Shown here piece by piece: positions 38,433-50,660 of a DNA stretch of 64,000 nucleotides. Made by a program: the position numbers and the translations under genes. How positions within the stretch are numbered: the stretch's first letter is position 1; each line of letters starts with the position of its first letter. The stretch is from Camelus ferus (lineage: Eukaryota). The notes beneath the pieces are model-generated. The model was not told the DNA's origin, made no database searches, and saw only the letters and a list, made by a program, of their open reading frames with translations. The DNA is taken from NCBI RefSeq assembly GCF_009834535.1, contig NC_045696.1:115012001-115076000 (forward strand). Reading direction: 5' to 3'.

Positions 38433-39190
38433 TGCAGAGTGATGCACTCAGGAAGCCTAGCAGTTTTTATTTTTTTAATTCCAGATTATAAAATAAAAAT
38501 AAAACAATTTTCTATATTGCTACTATTTTAAGATTACCAATGTGCATATTTTTATGTATACATAATATTATAAATAGATACATATTAAAGTCTACCAACA
38601 TTTTGTATTTAGAATCATAAATGACAATGCAATCTAGTATCACTTCCCAAACGAAGGTTCAATCATTTGAAGCCCAATGATGTGCACTTCGTGAATGTCC
38701 TTTGCAGTGTCATACATCTCGTAGCTCAAACAGGATAAATGAAAGCTCTAAGCTGCAAATGAAATATTTATATTTACACTTAAAAATCTCTTGGCGGTGT
38801 TGAAGTAGTAGAGTGTACACATTTGAATAAAATGACAAGACCAATTATGCAGTATTTGAACTTCAGCTGCCTTGGCACTGAGCAAAGTAATTTTAAAGGG
38901 AAAGAAATTCAGTCCATGTAGGTAAAAGCTCAAGTTCATCCACAAATTTCCTCAAGCTGTAAACTTCTAATTTAACAGTGTACCCAGAGGTGTCCAGCTC
39001 CCTACCCTACCTTAGCAAGTTCTCAATAAAACATTGAGTGATTTCTAAAACTTTATTTTGTAATAGTCAAGAATGTAAATTAACCATATTGTCAAGGAAG
39101 ATTTGCAGAATCTGCTTTAATGTATGTAATGTTGGTGTGTATCACACAGTATCCTCTTGGGTGCATTAAAATACCTTAATAAGAACATAT

Positions 39191-39340
39191 ATTTTTTTAA
39201 TTTTTAAAAAAATTTTAATGGGAGGTTAATTTTAGGTTTATTTATTTGTTTATTTTTTTTAAACAGAGATCCTGGGGATTGAACCCAGGACCTTGTGCAT
39301 GCTAGGCATGCACTCTACCACTGAGCTATATCTTACCCCC
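39191..39340 (-). mobile_element. tRNA-Ala-derived SINE (camelid vic-1 type)
   Basis: Minus strand reads tagctcagtggtagagtgcatgcctagcatgcacaaggtcctgggttcaatcccc (A and B boxes) followed by an A-rich tail; degenerate TSD aataa..aa..tatatt. Confidence 0.85.
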
Positions 39341-40139
39341 AATAATAATATATTCTTTAAGAAAGGCAAATGACCTTGTTAAATTGCTTAGCAAAGTTTT
39401 TTTTTTTCCTTCCATAGATAATGCAAAAAGCAAATCAGTCAGACCTATGTCCAATAAATCACAAATTCTAAACTGGCATAGAATGAGTTTTTGAGGTTTC
39501 ACTGTGTATTGATCCCATCCATTTATAAGTTTGTGTGGCAGATTCAGGGTGTTTCTTAAGGGCCCCGGAAGCCCATAATGTGTAGCGAGTGCTCTAACCA
39601 CCTGTAGTTCTAGCGGCAGGCTAATTTTATAAGTAGTGATGTGAAGAAAAATAACCGCGTTTTACCAAAAATGAAAGTATATATAGCAAGTGGCGGGCTT
39701 TTCTGAAAATAAATAAATGGCCTCCTCGCATCTCCGCAGAGTATTTGCTGCAAAAGAGGAGACAAGCGTTGTTTGCAAAGGCAGGCCGGCACTTCCGGGC
39801 TGTTGTAATCACACAAACGGTCAGCAGCGCTATTAACTCTGAAGGTTTCATTTCACACAGCACTTATATTTACTTGACCTACATTTCTGTGTTATTGGCA
39901 TAATAAAGAATGATGTGCTACGAGGACATTTTTTAGGCTTGGATACCAAGCTTGTTAGGAAGAAGATAGAAGGAACAGAGTTAAACAAGGGGACAGAAGA
40001 GAATAAATAATAGAATGGAAATCTTTGTAATTACCTTCAGACACGCCCACAGCCAAAAGACTAATTTGAGAGTCATAGCGATAATAATAAACCTGCGGAG
40101 TCCTTTAGGAAATGGATAATTGTATTGGATTATTTTACT

Positions 40140-40310
40140 AGTATTTATAACAGTCATTCAATGAACATTCTGGATGTGCCAAAGGCTGTGTTAAGCCCTT
40201 TAAATGTATTAGCTTGTTTGATCTTCAAAAGTATGTATTTTATCCATTACTGAAAAATAGTGAAACTAGGATTCATAAGGATTAAGAAATTTTTTCCAGT
40301 CCCTTTGCTG
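40140..40310 (-). mobile_element. MIR
   Basis: atgtgccaaaggctgtgttaagccctttaaatgtattagcttgtttgatcttca...tgaaactaggattc. Confidence 0.55.
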
Positions 40311-40689
40311 GAATCAGAGCAGCAAGGACTCAGAAAGGAAAGGCAAACAGGCCAGATCAAAGGTGACTGTAATTGATGCTCAGAGAATTTGTAACTTTTA
40401 TCCAGTGCATTCCCTTTTTATCACAAACAGGGTTACTACGACGAGGATGCTTACCTGACCAACCCATCAGAGCTCATGATAAGGATCAAATATCATGTAA
40501 CTTTCCTTTAAAGACCTGGGTTGTTGAACCTTAGGTTTTCAAAAACGGAAGGACTATTTGAGAACTAAGCTATGAAATAAACTTTGTGCATGTGTGTGCA
40601 TGCACACGAGCCTATTATATACACAACATATATACTGCTGAGACATAGTCATTTTCTGGATCTCCTTTGCTCATTGCGGAGGTCCTGTT

Positions 40690-40843
40690 TCTTGGCTACA
40701 GATGTACAGTCCATGAACCAGCAGCGTAGGCATCATTTGGTAGCTTGCTGGAAACACAGAATCTCCCCCAGACACTGTGAATCAGAATCTGCATTTTGAA
40801 CAAGATTTCCAGGTGACAGATCATCGGTGTCTGAGAAACACTG
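40690..40843. mobile_element. MER5A-type MITE
   Basis: gtccatgaaccagcagcgtaggcatcatttgg...tgaatcagaatctgcatttt...tgagaaacactg. Confidence 0.75.
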
Positions 40844-43800
40844 TTAACTCACTGTGTTCATACCTACTGATGTCTGGTTCCAGCTGGCCACTTCCTTGAG
40901 TCTGCACAGATACACTAATAGCTCTATGTTTCTTTCTCAGCCCGCAACATGAGTCCAGTCTTAAATTCTGGACTTTCTGCATCAATCATACTGACGCATA
41001 TTGACTGTGTTTCTTTGCAAGTCTTTGTCATTTTCTGAGTTACATCCTTGCTGAACAGCTCTCTTCCAGTATTCAGTAGAACCTCCACAGCTTATCTCAT
41101 CTCCACTATTCAATTTCCCCAACTCTTGCCTTAAATGCTATTTGGTTAAATACTGGTTTGCTCTGAGAAATGTAGGTTTAATGCCTACAATTTCATGACT
41201 ATCCTATGTGTAGTAAATGTGAATACTCCTTTTATTTCTCACAGCCAAGAATATTACTCAGAAAGGCAGACAAATGGTCAATATGAACATTTTGACATTT
41301 ATTAATTTATTCACCCATCCAAACACTTAATAAATAACAAGTATCTACAATGACCTAGAAAAGAGAAGATATATTACAAGATATAATCAAGTGCTGATAT
41401 TTATTTTGAAAAGAATGTCAACAACTTTGAACATTTAGTTTGATGAAATTGAGGAAAAAATGGGACAAATGATGAAATACAGAAGGAAAAGAAATTAAAC
41501 CATCAGTGTCTAGTTTTCTTTTTTTAATGGTACTTCTCATCCAATATCAGTAAGTTATTTTGCTTAGATAATGAGCTCTAATCTAATGTAGTTTCCCAGC
41601 GTGATTCTATGCTACTTGCATCTGGGATTTTGAGGACAGAGGACTCTGAATATGTGCATAGTTTTCAAATATGTATACCCGCTTTGCAAGCATATGATTT
41701 GCATATATTTTCATGTATTTGTGCACAAAATGAGGTAAAGTCAGGGAAGGAAGGGAAAGTGGATTTTTCAGACTAAACCAAGTTGGGTGGAGTCTGGGAT
41801 GATAGGAGTCTACCTTCATTAGGCTCCAGCAATCCTGAAAACCACCGAGACCAGCTGTAATTGAGCTAAGGGTTCAGTTTAACTGGAAGTTAGGTGTGTC
41901 CTAGTTTATTAGGGTGGCTGACACTGTACTGTCTGATTTGTGGTGGCAGATGTGACAGGACCCATGCAAATAGGAAAAGGACCTTCAGAAGGAGGACGGC
42001 TGCTTGCCTGGACACTCCATCTGGGCTGTGGGATGATGGTCTCTGAGATCTTTTGGCTCCTTCTAATTTAATTACCTCTCTTTAGCCTAAGTCTTCAGGC
42101 CAGCTTCCCATTCACACAGAATAATGATGTGACGGGAACGCCCCATTCAAATGTGCCCACATGATGAGTCAATGGTGGAAGTGACCTCTGGTCTCCTTAT
42201 CAAAGTATCGGTGTGTCTTCGATCAGCAGCAACAATAAAGGAACATATTTTATCCTGTTTCTGTTGCTCATTTTCCATTCTTATAATCCCAGTGTGATCT
42301 GAGACTCTTCCAAGCGGTCCACATTTTCTGCTGATCCGTGTTGCTTTGATTCTGTTCTCAGTATTAAAGCTGTTGTATTAGAGCACTTTTCTTAGGCTTG
42401 TAACCTGAACTTGTGGACAAATAAGAGATACCCTGCCTCTGGGACACTGAATGCATCAGTAGTTCTTCCCAGCTGAGGCTGTTTCTATTTCTAATTACTT
42501 GAGTGCAGAACTATGAGTTAAGACATTCTACAACATGTTAAATTCTTTTTAAAAAGGGATTAGATATCAGTATAGAAAAGGGCTGAGGTTCCCTAGTACA
42601 AGTGAGATCCTTGGGTATTTGTCCTAGGATTCACTCTGATTTTCTGTATATTTGCAACACTTCATAACTTAAATATATAAATTATACCTATAAAATAGTA
42701 AATGGATGACTTAGGTCATAGAACCAGATGGTCTAGTTTTAGGGTCAGTTTAATTGAACTGTGCAATGATGTCTTCAAGGCATGGCATGGCTTTTCTGAT
42801 GTGTGATAACCACTTTTTTTCATCGAGCTGCCAGAACATTTCTTCCTGTCTCACTGGCCCTGATTATATGTGCCAGGTACCCAGGGAGTTCTATGATGCT
42901 CTGATCAACATAGAACGGGTTACCTCAACTAATCACTGTGACAGTGGGATGGGAATCCCTAGATAAGATTAGACATGGAAAAACCTACCCACAAATTCCC
43001 CCATTTTATCAAACAAGAGAAGGAAAGACTCTTGAGAAGACAACACAGGACTCACTACATTCTCCTGTTCTACTGAAGCCGCACCCACCTGCAGCTGTTA
43101 GACAGATTCTCCCACCATGTGCCGTCTGGCTTTCCCAGCTAGAGTTTGGAAAGCAATGCTGCCTGGTCGGTGATTTGAGTGTTAAGCTGTTTCAAATCAA
43201 TTCTAACTGGTCAGATTTTCCCCGTACCGATTGTAATTAATTGCATTCATCTAAATTCCCACTCTGCACACAAGGAGGAGTTTGCCTGTTTTCCTGGTCA
43301 TACTAGACATGTCATCAAAGTACAGCACACTGAGTAATCGGAGGGAAGGCAATGAGATAAGTGCATTTTCAGGAGCAGCCACCAGTACCCCTAAATGAAA
43401 ATTTTCACCTACTTCTGAACACAGAAAAATTGTCATTATTCTAAATTTTCCGGTGAACTGTATCCCTATGACAGTGTTGATACAGTTGAGACACCTGTAC
43501 TATGGCATGGCCAAAAAATAGAACTTGTTTTAAAAACAGTCTGTTTTCCTTGGGTTTCCCAGATGAATCAAGGGTGGAGCAGAAGGCTGTCTGTGAATAG
43601 ACTGGTCAACCTCATTGGCTTGGCTGGATGAACTCAAATATTTCAGTTTGACCTTGAACTGACAGTTTAAACACTCCTCTCTGCCTGCTCCATGCTGTCT
43701 ATGTTAAGCATGGTAAGATTTGGAGGTATCTTAATCAAACCTTTACCATAAATCAGCCATAAAAATAAGCACTGGCAGTTGTGCCGAGAGACTAAAAGAA

Positions 43801-44342
43801 CTCAAGACAGCTAAATGAGAATCAAGCAGTGAATCTAAAGGGATGTTATTACATTCTGCCCCTTTTCATTTGATTTGACAGGAAGATCCAAAGAGAGACC
43901 CCCAGTGACGTTGCTATAGACAGATGTTCAAGCTCCCTTAGCCTGGCCTCCCCTGGAGCAGAAGAAAGTCCTCGTGATGAAGCTGCCTTGGGTACCAATG
44001 GCTGAAATTAATCTATGATTTTGAGGCAGAAGTTAAAGAAAATGTGTGTGAGCCTGGCACTGAAAACTATTAAGACTTGATGAAACCTGACGATGGAAAT
44101 GTTAAATCTAATACGGAGAGGGTTTTTGATCTATTCCCAGGAGCACTTTGATCTTGGCAACGTAAACGTCTCTCTTCTTAATCAATGTTGCTGTGAGTAA
44201 ATCCATACTCGTCCGGCTGAGGAAAGCGGCCAGGAATTTATTCAAGGAATAATCAATTTAGAAAAGCAGGCAATACTGTATGTTTTTAAATATTGAAATT
44301 GCCTGGTAAAAATATTAATTAATCTGTGAAAGTATATTTTGA

Positions 44343-44555
44343 TCTGGGGTGGTCAAACGACAGCCTGTGGGCCAACTCTGTCTGGCACCTGTCCTTGTAA
44401 ACATCTTTTTACTGGGACACGGTCCCACCCCCTTGTTTACACAAGGCAGATTTTCACTGCAATGAGAGTTGGGTATTTGTGTTGGGGACCATGTTACCAC
44501 AAGGCCTAAAATATTTAGTATCTGCCCTTTACAGGGGAAGTGTGCCGAACCTTGG
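44343..44555. mobile_element. MER58A-type MITE
   Basis: ggggtggtcaaacgacagcctgtgggccaa...aaggcctaaaatatttagtatctgccctttacag...tgccgaaccttg. Confidence 0.8.
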
Positions 44556-46729
44556 TCAGTAACAACCTCCTTCAGAATTTTTTTTGGGGGCGGGGGGGGA
44601 ATCAAAGAATATACTTCTGCAGTTTTTAAGGTGCCATTTCAACATTCATCTTAATTTCACATTATTTCTTAACCCATTAGAGAGACTCTATATTTGCAAA
44701 GTTTCTGAGTTCCAAAAAGTGGATTCCGAGTTTTGTGTTTTTTTTTATTTGCTCCTCTTTGTTGAAGTTCTGATACTTTATCAAGTCAAACTCTGTCTCA
44801 AATGATTTCCCCATTTCGGCAGGACGCGGAGCGTGACATCCGCCGTGTCCCGGGGAAGTGCGGCATACATAATGTATGAATCTCGGGGAAGATCTGAGCC
44901 CTTGAATCCGCAATTACACTTCGGGCTGAAAATGGAAAGCGCCACGTTTGGAAGCAACTCGCAGTTTCCCAAAATATTTGTTTGCAGGTCTAATTTCAAT
45001 AATTAACATGTGGATTGAAACATTTTTCTTATCTCCCAGTTGCAGCAGTGTGGTCAGCACCTCATAGCTGCAGGAGTGGGGGCGGGGGAAATGCCTTTAG
45101 AGCTTCTGGAGTCAGAGCCGGAGATAATGTTTGAGCGGAGGGCCCTGTGCAGGGAGGCGAGCATCGCGGCCTCTGAATTGATGTACCTGCAATTCACGTG
45201 GATGAGACACGATGTTTTGTCTTTTTTATTTATTTTTTTCTTTTTTTCCTGAATGCTCTATTCAGTGGGTCTCCTCAAAGCGAGGAAAAGCAGAACGTTC
45301 TTTCCTCTACAGAATCCTAAAACGGGCAACGCCATTCTCGCCTTGTCTTCCATCGTTTTCTATTCCTTTCCTTCCAAACCCAGCTACTTAGGAGGAAAGA
45401 TAAATGCACACATACGTAACCCCTGACTCTCCAACTTCAGGCCTTTCCACAGGCTGTGTCTGCTCCACGCTTTCTTCCTGCAGCAAAAGTAAACGTGCAG
45501 AGTCTGAAGTGCAGTTTTGCGGAGGGGAGGTCTTTGAGCTTCTGTGATCCCTTGGAGCGGAAGGGCTCAGTGGATGCTTTGCGGTTTTCATCTGTTACCT
45601 GTGTTTCTTTACTCTTTACAGAAATAATAAATTCTAGTTCCAGGGGTGACGACTATTTAAAAGAATCCCTTCCTCAAATCTCAGACAGGAAAGTTGAGTT
45701 TTACCTTTTCTCCCCTGTCACGTGCAGGGGCGATGGCTGTGATGTTTGCTGCTCTGGTTTCCCGATGTCAAATCAGTATCTCCTGACCTGAAGCAGAGCT
45801 CACCAGCAGTGGGGCAGACAATCGAGGAAAGCAGGAGCCCCTTGGCATTTGCAGTTTGTCCCTGCTGCCTGATCAGTTGTCACCCTGAGGTCTGTGTGCC
45901 TTGCCTGCGTCCTAGAAGGACACCATAGAGCATGACAGGCAGTTGGATCAGTGATGTAACCCCTGGATGCCACCTAATTAAACTGAGAACTAAGGACTGT
46001 GCAATTCGGTGACATAGATATCTGCGTATCCACGTGAACCTTTTAATTGGACCAAAGGTTCCACTGTGTAAATGACCCTTCCTCGGTGGCGCACAGTAAA
46101 CTATTTGAAACTGCCTCCTTCCTTTAACCCCAGACTTGCTTATTCTGTTTTATTTGGATTTTTATGCCCTTGGCATTTTTTAAAGGTCTCTGAGATAAAC
46201 AGTTATTTGGATTTAATTGCTAGATTTCTTTTAAAAGCCTTGCATTTGTCCCATGGCTATTTATTAAGTTCTTACATGCTGGTGGTTTCCCACTTGGCCC
46301 TCAGATCCGTTCCCGTCCTTCTCCGCCTGGTGCTGTGCCCTCGGACGTCACCTCTGGCCTGAACTGCTGGGCTCCACTGATCTTGGCTTTCCATGGGGCT
46401 TGGCCAGTGGGTAACATCCCCAGGAGACCACAGAGGTCAGGGTGTGGATCCCCTGCTCTCTCCTGCTTCAGGCTGTGGGACCGGGGCCATTCCCTTTCCC
46501 CTCAGACTGCAACTCCTCCTGGGCCACCCCCACCCCGGCCTCAGCTCTCCCTGACCAGCTCACCCCTTTAGCCTCCCCCCTTACTCTTGCCTCTGACTTA
46601 TAAGGACTTCTCAAGTTGCTGCTCCCGGGTGCCCCACATCCCTTGTCGATTTCCTTTCACACCTCTCTCCGTACTGCCTACAATAAATAAATAAAAGTAA
46701 GTACAAATGAAAACAAACAAAAACACAGG

Positions 46730-47070
46730 CACCTTACTATTTGAGTAGGAGTCCCATTTCCTGCTGGGACGTGAACCACACGACTTCCTCTGTGCTAGGA
46801 ACTGCAGTAGATCTGGGGATACGACGTGAACAAGACATCCGAAAACACTGCCCTCTTGTGATTATACTCTCATAGGGAAAAACAACAATAAAAAATAGGA
46901 AAGTAAATAAATAACTAAATATAGAATACGTCAGCGGTGCTATGAAGCGATGTAAAAAAAGATCAAGGGAGGAGGGAGAGGAGAGCTGGAGAGGGCTGAG
47001 ATCAGGTTCTCACAGTTTTAAATCAAGTGGCCAGGGAAGGTCTCCATGAGAAAGGCACATGTGAGCTGTA
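46730..47070 (-). mobile_element. L2 fragment
   Basis: ctgtgctaggaactgcag...gtgaacaagaca...ctgccctcttg...gtggccagggaaggtctccatgagaaaggcacatgtgagctg. Confidence 0.6.
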
Positions 47071-47349
47071 TTTCTGTTATAAATAGTACTCACCTTAGGT
47101 GGAGCCAGGTACGATGTGTGAAACCTACCTACTTCTCTTACTTCCACTTGGAATTTCTCCCTTGAGTTTTATTTTGATTTTATGTTTGTGATTTTTGCTT
47201 TTAAGATTTCTGATACAGTCACTTGGAGTCCATTTCCAAGCTCCCTTTGAAACCATATTTTTAGGACATTGCATTGCATTGGTTCAAAAGCTCTTTATTT
47301 TGAGCACCTAGGAGCAGGTCATTCCTCATTTGTCTTCTCAGGGGTATAG

Positions 47350-47900
47350 AGGCAAGGGAAGAAATGGGTCAGCTCGTTAGGAATACACAGGCAGTAATCT
47401 GGGCCAAAGGCGATGGCAGCTTGGACTGGGTGGCAGTGGTGGAGGGGTTAGACGTGGTCAGATCCTGAATTTATTCTGACTGTGGAGCCAATAGAATTCC
47501 TGGTGGGTTATATGTGGCGTGTGAAAGAGGAATTAGGAAAAAAATAAAACTCCAAGACTTCTTACCTGAGCAGCTGTAAGGGTGGAACCAACTACAATTA
47601 GAGGATTTTTTTTTTTTTTTTTGGACGGGGGAAATTAGATTTATTTAGTTTTTAGAGGAGGTACGAGGGATTGAATCCAGGACCTCAAGCATGCTAAGCG
47701 TGTGCTTTACCACCTGAGCTATACCCTCCCCTCTTAGAGGTTTTGAATGAAAGGTCTGGAGTTTCCCATTGTACAGGTGCATTTGGACGTGTGTATTGGT
47801 CTGCTAATGGAGATGCCCCAGAGGTAACTGAGTTCGGAGTTCACAGAAGGGGCCCAGAGAGAAGATAAAAATTTGAGAATGTTGCTTAAAACCAAGAACC
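47350..47900 (-). mobile_element. L2 fragment containing a SINE
   Basis: gcagtaatctgggc...gatggcagcttggactgggtggcagtggtggagg...tggtcagatcctgaatttatt...ctgagcagctg. Confidence 0.6.
47606..47733 (-). mobile_element. tRNA-Ala-derived SINE (vic-1 type)
   Basis: gggattgaatccaggacctcaagcatgctaagc...tgagctataccctcccc with a T-tract; flanked by TTAGAGG (47598-47604 / 47734-47740). Confidence 0.85.
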
Positions 47901-50199
47901 TATGGGATGGGGAAGTGAAAGTGGACAGAGAAGTGGAGGGGATCCTTTGAAATCATCCTCAATACCCCAATGCCTACACTTGGCTTGTTGAAACACACCC
48001 ATCCAAAAGGGCCGTGCAGAGATGATCAGGGAGTGGGGAAGAGAGCTAGGAAAGCTGGATGTCAGCCACTGCGGTGAAACACCCGTATGAGTAATTTCTC
48101 TTGGAGAGTATCGCAAGAACAATGTTTATCCATGATGAGCATTCTGTAACGTCCTCTGTTCCACTTTTCAGCTAGTAGGACCCTTAAAACCAGATTCTAC
48201 ACATGCACACACACAGTAATGCACATATATACAGACTATCAATGGACATACATAAGCATAAATATATACACACATATACTATAAGTAGCATAAAATATTC
48301 TATGTAGGTGTGTGTGAGGATAGAGAGATCATTGATTTCATCCAGTCCTGTATTTGGTAGTATGTTTTTGTTAGCTACATCCTCTCAAAACCTTTAGCAA
48401 GATATAAATAAACTGAATTATCATCACTGTATATTAAGAGTTGTCACCACAGCTCAAAGACTCACTCACACATGACCTAGATCAGGTCATAGCCCTTAAA
48501 GTATATTTATATTCCGCAGAAGTTTACATAAGTTATTCATTTAAGTTTACTTTAAAAACAGGTACTCATTCTCGATGTCGCGCACAAATGATTAAGAAAA
48601 AGTCTTTGAGACAGATTAAGTGACAATGCGAGGGGAAGGACTTCTGGTCCATACGGGCCTACAACTCATTTGGATGGCTTTTCCTGGTATATGTGGGAAG
48701 GAAGAAAACTAGAGATTGTGCTTTCAATGGACTGTGATGAATGTAGTGATTCGAATTTCCTCCAAAAATAGGAAAGAAATGAAATCTAGGCTCACAGGAC
48801 TCAAACACTAGAAATGCCAAGGAAGACCTTAGTTCCACAGAAGGTCAATGACACGGAGCCTCTGGTGGCTTATTGCCGTGAAGGAGGAGTGCGGCTTCTG
48901 AGCCATCAGTGGAGAGTCGCTGTGCCTGATTCCCTGGGTGGTGCAGACACGATCTCAGCTTGAGCGTGGCAGTGTGGGATGCCAAAGAATGCAATGTTTT
49001 TACTAACGAATAAATTCTTAAGGGAAGGAAAGCAAGTTAATCTGAAACAGTGTGCAAGGACTAGATTGCAAGCAAGTTCTTAGAGAAGATAACAACATGC
49101 TAAGTCATGCTTTCCGGAATGGGGATGGGATGGGCTTGGGGATGGGTAACGTGGCTGTTGGCAACAGCGTTGCTCATTTGTTAAGAGACCTAGAAGCCAT
49201 GAGAAAGGCTCAATGAGGACTCTGGTGGAGTTTGGAGGTGGGGAAAAATCACAGTGTCTCCAACAGTTGCCTTATAGAGGGTTGACCTCTGAAACAAAAT
49301 GGATACTGCAATGTAGCCAACACCATCTCTCTAGCCACTTTCTCCTGTCCTCTGTTTCTCACTCCACTGATAAGGAGTTAATTGCCAAATGAGTTGCCAA
49401 GGAATAATTTTATGAGGATATACGATGAATAGTGTTTAAAGGAAAAGTAGAACGTAAACTTGAACACTATGCAGCATCATGCCTAGATCATTCTGCCCAA
49501 CTTCACCTTGAGTCCTTGCCATGGTCTTCAGGGACAGATGAATTGCTCAGAGGCAGTGACCTCTCTTACTTTGGCCCAGACATAGGAGGAGGAGGGCAGT
49601 CAAATCAGGCTGTCAAAGAGAGGAAATGCTAGATGAGATTTCCAGCCAATCGAGTCATCTGATGGAGTAGGTACCTAATGTTTGTTGATAAATGTCTAGA
49701 TCTGATTAATGAGTGATGACTGTTTTCAGTTTATTATTCAACTCTGTTATCATTTCTGAGTTTGCCCGTATCACTCCCTTGCCTAATAACATTAATTAAT
49801 TCACTCTGTTATTAATTAATTCATCCAATTAGTGGGTCAGTTAGTTAATCTATCAGTCAGCAAATACTCATTAATTGCCAATTAAATGCTAAGAGTTATG
49901 CTAGGTTCTTAGATTAAAAATGGAAAAGCCATAGTCATAATTTAACGAGTTCTTGAATTCACAGAGTCAGAGAAGTGAATAGTAATTCTCAACAACAACA
50001 GGATGGAAAGAAGCAAAGATGTGGATCTGTTACATTTCTTTTCAACTGTAAAAAGGCAAATGTTGTAGCAGGAAATAATGGGTTCCAAAGTTGATGGAAG
50101 AAAGAGGATGGAGTGGCCAGACTTGAAAATGGAAAAGTAGATAAGGAGCAGTGTCCATGCTAAGGAACTCGGTTGGGTATCACAGTGATAACTCCCTTC

Positions 50200-50470
50200 T
50201 GTTTATTTTATTGAGGTTTAATTTGCCACAAAATGCAGAAATCTTAAGAGCACATTATGATGACTTTTTATATTGTGTATAACCTTTTGATCACCACTTA
50301 GATAAAAGTATAGAATATTTTATCATCCTAGAGTGTTCCCTTGTGTTCCTTTCCAGTCAGTAGCCCAGTCTCTCATAATCACTGTTTTGATGTCTCTAGC
50401 AATTTGTTCTGTGTTTCTTGAATTTATTTAAATAGAATTTTACAGTATATATTCTTTTTGTTTTGCACCT
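50200..50470 (-). mobile_element. old L1M 3'-end fragment
   Basis: tttattgaggtttaattt...accacttagataaaagtatagaatattt...gtgttcctttccagtcagta. Confidence 0.65.
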
Positions 50471-50504
50471 TTATAGCTAATGAATGACTTCACAGCCAGA
50501 TTTT

Positions 50505-50660
50505 CAATTAATCCTTACAGCAATACTAGGAAAAAATTATTTTTGGTCCTCCATTTTACAGAGGAAGGAATTGATACTCATAGTTATGAAATAACATGCC
50601 ACATCACATAATTAACGAGTAATAAAATCAAGGCTCAAAATCCATTCTTCCCACTCTAAA
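50505..50660 (-). mobile_element. MIR
   Basis: taatccttacagcaatact...ccattttacagaggaaggaattgatactca...aaataacatgcc. Confidence 0.6.

Noticed and set aside
39268..39340. tRNA-Ala gene
   Set aside because: The acceptor stem is degenerate and it is followed by an A-rich SINE tail; three diverged copies indicate a SINE.
42161..42302. C/D box snoRNA (ATGATGA...CTGA)
   Set aside because: No terminal stem and no recognisable rRNA-complementary guide.
44864..44878. loxP-like sequence (CATACAT-A-ATGTATG)
   Set aside because: It resembles only the loxP spacer; the 13-bp Cre-binding arms are absent. A short chance inverted repeat.
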